DNA from: Candidatus Caldarchaeum sp.
GTDB lineage: Archaea; Thermoproteota; Nitrososphaeria_A; Caldarchaeales; Caldarchaeaceae
NCBI GenBank assembly: GCA_038890155.1
Contig: JAWAFZ010000005.1
Location: 505-64,504 of the forward strand
Length of the DNA stretch: 64,000 nt
Direction: 5' to 3'
This document shows, one piece after another, positions 58,012-64,000 of this stretch. The notes under the pieces were generated by a model. It was not told the origin of the DNA. It searched no databases and saw only the letters and a program-made list of their open reading frames with translations. The position numbers were made by a program, and so were the translations under genes. Position 1 is the stretch's first letter. Each line of letters opens with the position of its first letter.

Positions 58012-58766
58012 ATCCACTGCTCGAGGTAGAGGATGTGTCGAAAAGCTTTAGAGGCATAAAGGCTCTGGACGGTCTCTCCATGAAGATACGGCAGGGACTG
58101 GTTTACGGTATCATAGGGCCCAACGGAAGCGGAAAAACCACCCTGCTAAACGTAATCACAAGCGTGGTTAAACCCGACACGGGTAAAATCCTATTCCAAG
58201 GCAAGAGGATAGACAACCTCGAGCCCTACCAAATATACAACATGGGAATAACCAGGAGCTTCCAGATACCGACTTTGTTCATGAACATGGTTGTTTTCGA
58301 AAACCTGATGGTTCCACCTAAAAACCAGATAGGCGAAAAAGTCGTATATTCCTTTCGTCGTTCAAAGTGGAGCCGGCAGGATGTTCAGATAGGAGACCAG
58401 GCCGCTGAGGTTCTTAGTTATTTGAAGCTGTTCGACATAGCGCTTAATAAATGCGGGGAGGTGTCTGGGGGGCAGATGAAGCTCGTTGAGCTAGGGCGGG
58501 CCATGATGAGTGAGCCTAAGCTGGTGTTGCTGGACGAGCCGACCGCGGGGGTGAACCCGGTCCTCGCCCTAGAAATTTTCAACCACATCAAGAGGCTAAG
58601 GGACAATTTCGGACTAACCTTCATGATAGTTGAGCATCGTTATGACATGCTGTTCAACAACGCGGACTACATATTTCTTTTAAACGAGGGGAAAATCGCC
58701 TCCGAAGGGACTCCGGAGAAAATTTTACAGGACCCTGTTCTGGCGCAAGTTTACATAGGTGATTAG
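58008..58766 (+). CDS. livG: ABC transporter ATP-binding protein (LivG type)
   Basis: GTG overlapping the livM stop (GTGA) with GGAGG upstream. Walker A GPNGSGKTT. Signature VSGGQMK. Walker B LLDEPTAG. Confidence 0.8.
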   Translation: MNPLLEVEDVSKSFRGIKALDGLSMKIRQGLVYGIIGPNGSGKTTLLNVITSVVKPDTGKILFQGKRIDNLEPYQIYNMGITRSFQIPTLFMNMVVFENLMVPPKNQIGEKVVYSFRRSKWSRQDVQIGDQAAEVLSYLKLFDIALNKCGEVSGGQMKLVELGRAMMSEPKLVLLDEPTAGVNPVLALEIFNHIKRLRDNFGLTFMIVEHRYDMLFNNADYIFLLNEGKIASEGTPEKILQDPVLAQVYIGD

Positions 58767-59480
58767 ATGAACCAAGTTCTATCCGTCAAAAATCTAACGG
58801 CTGGCTACGGCAAGATTTCCATCGTTCAGAATGTTTCTTTAAACGCTTACCGGGGGGAATGCATTTCGGTCCTAGGGCCGAACGGCAGCGGAAAAAGCAC
58901 GTTGTTCAAAGCCGTCTTTGGGCTTGCTAAAATATTCGAGGGCAAGGTTTTCTTCAAAGACGAGGATGTGACTGGAATGAGGGGAGACCTACTCATAAGG
59001 CGTGGAATGGTATATGTCCCGCAGCTCAGAAACGTTTTCACGTCGATGACCGTGGGCGAAAACCTTGAGCTTGGAATTGTGAGGAGACGCGGTAATGACA
59101 AGCAACTGATCGACGAGGTCTTCGAGATGTTTCCTGTGTTGAGGGAGAAGAGAAACCAGAAGGCGGGGTTGCTGAGCGGCGGTCAGAGGCAGGTTTTAGC
59201 CGTGGCCAAGGCTTTGCTGAGCGAGCCGGAGGTTTTAGTCCTTGATGAGCCGACGGCTGGGCTGGCGCCGAAAGCTGTTGCCGAGATGATGAGTGTCATA
59301 GCTCGGTTGAAGCAAAGAAACCTCGGCCTTGTGCTGATAGAGCAAAACGTCAAGAGAGCGTTGAGCATTTCAGAGAGGGCTTACATCATGGCTGCGGGGA
59401 AAGTGGTTTATGAAGGGGTTGTCAGCGAGCTCTCAAATAACAGGGAGCTTGCGAAAATCTACTTGGGGATTGTCAGTTGA
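58767..59480 (+). CDS. livF: ABC transporter ATP-binding protein (LivF type)
   Basis: Walker A GPNGSGKST. LSGGQRQ. VLDEPTAGL. Confidence 0.85.
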   Translation: MNQVLSVKNLTAGYGKISIVQNVSLNAYRGECISVLGPNGSGKSTLFKAVFGLAKIFEGKVFFKDEDVTGMRGDLLIRRGMVYVPQLRNVFTSMTVGENLELGIVRRRGNDKQLIDEVFEMFPVLREKRNQKAGLLSGGQRQVLAVAKALLSEPEVLVLDEPTAGLAPKAVAEMMSVIARLKQRNLGLVLIEQNVKRALSISERAYIMAAGKVVYEGVVSELSNNRELAKIYLGIVS

Positions 59481-60415
59481 AACTAGACATCACTCTAGGC
59501 CCGTTTGTGAACGACCCCCTGCGCTCGGTCCAACTCGGAGTACTTGCCGAGAAGCTTGGGTTTAATGGGGTATGGATAACTCACGACCCTCTCTGGGAGA
59601 ATTCATGGGTGGTATGCGGAGGCCTCGCCTCGAACACGGAGAGGATAGAAGTTGGACCAGGGATAGTCAACCCGTACAGCTCGACCGTTGTGGAGATCGC
59701 CATGGGTTCTTCAACCCTCCAAAACATGTCCCGCGGCAGAGCCAACTTAGGAGTTGGCCCCGGGTCTAAAAAAATGCTCGAGGAAAGCGGGCTCGGTCAT
59801 AGGGACCTTCTGCAGACCCTCGACTCGACTATCGATTATTTGAAGAGAGAGTTGAACCCTGAGACGAGCATTTTGAGAGTGAAGCCTGTAAGGGAGGTCC
59901 CGGTATTCGTGGGATGCCAATCACCGAGACTTCTTGAAAGGATAGGGAGATGGAAGGTTGGCGGTCTCATTCTGCTGACTCCTCCGGGTTACGCTGGTGT
60001 GGCCTTGAAACACATATCCCGCGGGTACGGAGGATCTCTGGATGAGCAGTTCCGCTCCAAACAAATAGCTTCCATACTTTGTGCGGTGGACAAAGACGAA
60101 AACGAGGCGAGGAAAAGCTTCGCAAAATTCATAGTCCACATCCTGAAGTACCTCGCGCCCGCTCAGCTAGAATACCTGTCCATCGACCGCAAGAATATAG
60201 CTGAGGCGGAGAAGTCTTACGCTGAGGGTGGATGGGAAGCCTTACCGTCGAGAATTTATGAGCTGGGAGCGGTAGGGGTTGAGGACGTCATCAGGAAAAT
60301 CGAGGCCTTAGAGAAGGTTGGTTTTACGAGAATTAAAATAGGTTCCCCACTAGGTAGGGATTTGGAGAAAACATTAGAACTTCTGGCCTCGGATGTGCTG
60401 CCTCACTTTAGGTAG
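59477..60415 (+). CDS. Luciferase-like monooxygenase (LLM) family oxidoreductase, translationally coupled to livF
   Basis: TTG start overlaps the livF stop (TTGA). N-terminal LLM pattern (GVWITHD, ANLGVGPGS). Confidence 0.6.
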   Translation: MKLDITLGPFVNDPLRSVQLGVLAEKLGFNGVWITHDPLWENSWVVCGGLASNTERIEVGPGIVNPYSSTVVEIAMGSSTLQNMSRGRANLGVGPGSKKMLEESGLGHRDLLQTLDSTIDYLKRELNPETSILRVKPVREVPVFVGCQSPRLLERIGRWKVGGLILLTPPGYAGVALKHISRGYGGSLDEQFRSKQIASILCAVDKDENEARKSFAKFIVHILKYLAPAQLEYLSIDRKNIAEAEKSYAEGGWEALPSRIYELGAVGVEDVIRKIEALEKVGFTRIKIGSPLGRDLEKTLELLASDVLPHFR

Positions 60416-60768
60416 CGTTCTATGATTTTTGTCAGCGCTGGCAGGATTTCTATCCCGGTTGGAGGGTTGAAGGCCGTCACCAAAACCCCGGACATGAACG
60501 GCAGTATCAAGACGTTTATGCCCTTCATAGAGGCGTAAATGTATTCAAGGTCTCCATAGTATTTTCTGTTTTGAATGAGGAGGAGGGCGTACTTAGCCGT
60601 CTCTACATCTACTCGAGAGGAAACCTCCTGTGGGTCTAGCGACTCTACACCCGGCCTCATACCTCCAGCTACGTGATTCGCCTCCGAGTCAAAAATCTCG
60701 GCGTACCGCACGTTGGGATGTATTGCAAAAACCTCTTTCAACAGACGATCACAAGCATCAACATCCAT
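60403..60768 (-). CDS. Hypothetical 121-aa protein (possible Roadblock/LC7-like alpha-beta fold)
   Basis: Size and alternating amphipathic/beta pattern only. No strong motif. Confidence 0.3.
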   Translation of the reverse strand: MDVDACDRLLKEVFAIHPNVRYAEIFDSEANHVAGGMRPGVESLDPQEVSSRVDVETAKYALLLIQNRKYYGDLEYIYASMKGINVLILPFMSGVLVTAFNPPTGIEILPALTKIIERYLK

Positions 60769-60789
60769 AACCTACCCAGCCTCCTCCGG

Positions 60790-61776
60790 TTAAAGTACGT
60801 TTTGGAGGGAAGACCACAGACGTCCCGTGAACTCAATCGCTTTTTCCAAGTCCTCTCCTAGAGGCGGGCCTATGTTGAAGTGGACCAAACCCTGTCCGGC
60901 GAGTTGTTTAAACCTGCTTACAATCAGGTTTGGCTGGTCGTATGTACCCGCTATAACGAGGTTGAACATCTTGGGCGAGACTAGGTCAAGGGCTTGCTCG
61001 AATTCCCCGTTTTGAGACAGCTTCTCGATTTCGGCGAAATCACTGCGCTTCAGCCCAGCGGTTCCGAGAACCTCGTCGGAAAGCAAAGGCCCGTAGTATG
61101 CTATCAACTCTCTCGGCTTTCTGCTCGACATCAGCTCCTCCCTAGTATCTGCGACGTAGTACCAGACACAGCCTGAAACATCTATGCTGTTTATGCTCCG
61201 ACCGTGTTTCATGGCTGAATTCCTGATGATGGGCAAGAATTTTGTGGCGGCTTCGGGCGGAACCAGCAACGGCAGACCGCCGTCGCCAAGCCTTCCAATC
61301 AACTCAACGGTCTTCGGCCCTTGGCCTCCTATGTATATTGGTATGCTAAAACCGGGGTTGAACGTAAGCCGCCTCGAATCGCCCTCCATCCTCATCAGTT
61401 TCTTCAGGTTTTCGACAGCCGTAATGAATGAGCGCAGCGGCTTGTCCACACGTATTCCGGCCCATCTCAGGGTTTCCTGAGCACCCACACCTAGCCCCAG
61501 CCTAAACCGTCCTTCACTCAACTCGGACAGCGTGGCCGCACGCATCGCAATCTCAACAACGCTGGAGCTGAACGGGTTTACGACCGCAGTCCCCAGCCCT
61601 ATCCTCTCCGTGGCTTTAGCCGCAGCGGACAGAACAACCCAAGCATCCCGTTTGAAGAGGTCTTCGCAGTACCAAAAACAGTCAAAGCCGCTTAGCTCTG
61701 CTTGGGCCGCCAGCTTGACCGCCCTGCTGGAATCCGCCATATCGCTGTTTAGTCGAAGGCTGAGTAAAGGCCTCAT
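60790..61776 (-). CDS. Luciferase-like monooxygenase (LLM) family oxidoreductase
   Basis: 328 aa. LGTAVVNPFSSSVVEIAMRAATL and GRFRLGLGVG are LLM hallmarks. Paralog of 59477-60415. Confidence 0.65.
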   Translation of the reverse strand: MRPLLSLRLNSDMADSSRAVKLAAQAELSGFDCFWYCEDLFKRDAWVVLSAAAKATERIGLGTAVVNPFSSSVVEIAMRAATLSELSEGRFRLGLGVGAQETLRWAGIRVDKPLRSFITAVENLKKLMRMEGDSRRLTFNPGFSIPIYIGGQGPKTVELIGRLGDGGLPLLVPPEAATKFLPIIRNSAMKHGRSINSIDVSGCVWYYVADTREELMSSRKPRELIAYYGPLLSDEVLGTAGLKRSDFAEIEKLSQNGEFEQALDLVSPKMFNLVIAGTYDQPNLIVSRFKQLAGQGLVHFNIGPPLGEDLEKAIEFTGRLWSSLQNVL

Positions 61777-61777
61777 C

Positions 61778-64000
61778 CTAAGAACTATTGTGCTTCAACA
61801 GCTCCCACAGAGTCATCGGCTTGATGTGGCTGTTGGAGAGCTTCACACCCAACGCGTCCTCGACGGCTGCAGCGATAGCGGCGAGCGGAGAGCCTCCTCC
61901 TTCACCAACGCCACGCGTACCAAGCGGGCTTGCAAGGCTAGGAGTTTCGAGGCTAACTACCTTTTCGAACATGGGGACGTCGGTGGCTGTTGGCGCCAGA
62001 TAGTCCATCAAGCTAGAGTTCAGCAGCTGACCATCCTCAGAATACTCAAAATTCTCGTAAAGAGCAGCCGCATAGGCGTTGAAAGCTGAGCCGACGACCT
62101 GTCCACGCACTATCAACGGGTTTATTTCTTTACCACAGTCGTCAACGATAGCGTAGTCCAACACCTTCACCATCCCCGTCTCCGTGTCCACCTCCACCAC
62201 AGCAGCATGGACTTGATAAGAATAGGTAAGGGTTAGGTTCGCCTTTTTCTCCTCGGGGCTCGGATATGTGAATTCAGGTGCATAGACAGCGTGGGCAAAT
62301 AATCCCGGCTCCAGCCCCTTGGGCAGCAGCATCAGGTTGGACCAAGCCACGTTAGCTATCTGCCACAACGGCATCTTCTTACCGCCGTCCCGGGTCGTCG
62401 CCTCTCCGTTGACGATCGAGACATCCTTCGGGTCAACCGACAACAAGCCAGCAGCAATTTGAATTACTTTCTCACGGACCATCCTAGCCGCCTTCACGAG
62501 GGCGGTGGCGCCGAGGGCGGCGAACCTGCTCGCATAAGTACCGGAATGGCCTGAGAACGGGTTTGCGAACGAGTCGAAGCCTATCAGAACCGTCACTGAG
62601 TCGGGGTGGACGCCTAGCTCGTCAGCAACAAGCTGGCGCACAACTGTTTCATGGCCCTGTCCCTGCGGGCTGCTGCTCACCGCCGCAATCACATTCCCCA
62701 TGTTGTCTATCTTCACCCAAGCTGCCTCGCTACCGCCCGACATCGGAAAGTGGGGGTTGATTATCTTCACCTGACCGAAGTTGTTTGACCCCGAGTCCAA
62801 CGTCACGCCGAAACCTATTCCAATCTTTTTCCGACGGTCGCTGTTCTGCTTCTTGACGCCAAGCCACTTCTCATAATTAATGAGCTCACAAACCTTCTGG
62901 GTTGCCGTTGGATAGTCGCCGCCATCGTAGACACAGCCGCTGGGAGAAGTGTAGGGCATCTCCTCCGGCCTTATGAAATTCCTCATCCTTATCTTTACAG
63001 GGTCTATGCCGAGGCGTTTAGCCGCTATATCCATCACCCGCTCGATCATCCACATGTGCTGCAGGCGGGAGTATCCTCTGACCGGGCCGGTTGGACACTT
63101 ATTGGTCGTGACTGTTTGAAAATCAACGAACAGGTTTTTGAACCGGTAAACGTTGCATGATACTTGCGCCCATATTACTGCGCCCAGCGGCTCGTACCTC
63201 GGGTACGCGCCTATGTCATCTATAGCCCGAACCTTCATCCCCAGCAGCGTCCCGTCTCTCCTAAAAGCCGCTTGAACGTGGAATGTTCTCTCGTTGCAGT
63301 GGGACGAAGAGGCCAAGAGGTTTTCACGCCGGGTCTCCACCCATTTTACAGGCCTTTTGACGAGCTGCGAAAGCAGCCCTATCAGCGTCATGTAGGTATA
63401 GTTGTTTATCTTTGTCCCGAATCCTCCTCCGATGTCGTAGCTGACTAGGCGGATTTTGTTCAAAGGTCTCTTGAGGGCCACACTTATCATGAAGCCGACA
63501 ACCATGGGCATCTGATTGTTTGCGTAAATTGTCATTAAATCATTCTGCGAGTGATAGTCCGCCACAACTACGTTGTTCTCCAAGGGGATAGCGCTGTACC
63601 TGTCGAATTTTAAATGTTCCTCGATGACCACGTCAGCTTCCTTCAGAGCTCCTTCAACATCGCCGTAGTTGTAAACACCATGCCACACAACGTTGCTTCC
63701 AAGCTCTTCATGGACCGTGGGCGAGCTCGGGCTGACAGCCTTTTCACCGTCGACAACAGCCGGAAGAACCTCGTACTCGACCTCTATGCGCTCCAGAGCG
63801 TCGTACGCAGTGTAAAAGTCCTCAGCCACCACGGCCGCAACAGGCTCACCCATGTACCGCACCTTGTCCACCGCCATGCAGTAATCACGAATCCTGTCCG
63901 CGGGAGGCGGTGCAATCTGTGGATACGGATTGGTTAGCAGCGCCACCTCCCTTCCCGTTATTACTTTCAAAACTCCCGGCATGCTCTCCGCTTTAGACGT
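61778..64000 (-). CDS. Molybdopterin-binding subunit of the xanthine dehydrogenase/aldehyde oxidase/CoxL family (N-terminus beyond window end)
   Basis: Ald_Xan_dh_C/C2 patterns (GGGFG, AQV...E). The ORF-track M at 63982 falls ~60 residues into the family's usual N-terminus, and the frame is open to position 64000. Confidence 0.75.
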   Translation of the reverse strand, partial: TSKAESMPGVLKVITGREVALLTNPYPQIAPPPADRIRDYCMAVDKVRYMGEPVAAVVAEDFYTAYDALERIEVEYEVLPAVVDGEKAVSPSSPTVHEELGSNVVWHGVYNYGDVEGALKEADVVIEEHLKFDRYSAIPLENNVVVADYHSQNDLMTIYANNQMPMVVGFMISVALKRPLNKIRLVSYDIGGGFGTKINNYTYMTLIGLLSQLVKRPVKWVETRRENLLASSSHCNERTFHVQAAFRRDGTLLGMKVRAIDDIGAYPRYEPLGAVIWAQVSCNVYRFKNLFVDFQTVTTNKCPTGPVRGYSRLQHMWMIERVMDIAAKRLGIDPVKIRMRNFIRPEEMPYTSPSGCVYDGGDYPTATQKVCELINYEKWLGVKKQNSDRRKKIGIGFGVTLDSGSNNFGQVKIINPHFPMSGGSEAAWVKIDNMGNVIAAVSSSPQGQGHETVVRQLVADELGVHPDSVTVLIGFDSFANPFSGHSGTYASRFAALGATALVKAARMVREKVIQIAAGLLSVDPKDVSIVNGEATTRDGGKKMPLWQIANVAWSNLMLLPKGLEPGLFAHAVYAPEFTYPSPEEKKANLTLTYSYQVHAAVVEVDTETGMVKVLDYAIVDDCGKEINPLIVRGQVVGSAFNAYAAALYENFEYSEDGQLLNSSLMDYLAPTATDVPMFEKVVSLETPSLASPLGTRGVGEGGGSPLAAIAAAVEDALGVKLSNSHIKPMTLWELLKHNSS

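Overview
This is a dense, two-strand coding segment of roughly 58% GC. It looks like an archaeal chromosome, most likely crenarchaeal/Thermoprotei-like. Supporting genes are RadA, aRF1, Nep1, the RNase P Rpp21 subunit, ribosomal proteins S17e, S19e and L10e, GatD/GatE, an RpoP-like zinc ribbon, flap endonuclease FEN1 and CDC48. Many genes have an A/T-rich TATA-like box about 25-30 nt upstream of the start codon (leaderless mRNAs), and neighbouring genes often overlap by 4 nt (ATGA/GTGA).

About 65 protein genes can be supported. No rRNA, tRNA, CRISPR array or transposase was found.

Main housekeeping blocks:
- Start of window: the 3' end of ilvC (1-907), then a methyltransferase islet.
- ~3.7-5.9 kb: an ABC-2 efflux pair.
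- ~7-14 kb: pyruvate kinase, radA, aconitase.
- ~14.3-17.8 kb: an information-processing cluster (MBF1-like HTH protein, Nep1, Rpp21, S19e).
- ~22-24 kb: a glycosylation operon.
- ~24-29.5 kb: S17e, FEN1, CDC48, an eIF-2B-family isomerase.
- ~31-32 kb: L10e, RNase HI.
- ~32.8-34.9 kb: tandem purP genes.
- ~36.2-40.7 kb: a psd-herA-nurA-CaCA co-directional cluster.
- ~40.7-49.1 kb: gatE/gatD, pyrH, a P-type ATPase, aRF1.
- ~50.4-54.5 kb: a histidine cluster (hisA, hisF, hisI, hisH, hisG, hisB).
- ~54.7-59.5 kb: a five-gene Liv-type ABC importer translationally coupled to a luciferase-like (LLM) oxidoreductase.
- ~60.4-64 kb: a second LLM gene and a xanthine-dehydrogenase/CoxL-family molybdopterin subunit cut by the window end.

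Most unusual observations:
- A low-GC islet with an orphan beta-class DNA methyltransferase next to a decayed convergent gene.
- An ABC-2 permease broken by two compensating homopolymer indels.
- Two secreted envelope-type proteins: a coiled-coil anchor with a poly-proline tail, and a Thr-linker protein with a conserved C-terminal Cys motif followed by a multi-TM region.
- herA-nurA without mre11/rad50.
- A 2-oxoacid dehydrogenase E2 catalytic domain with no lipoyl domain.
- Small ORFs translationally coupled to aRF1 and CDC48.
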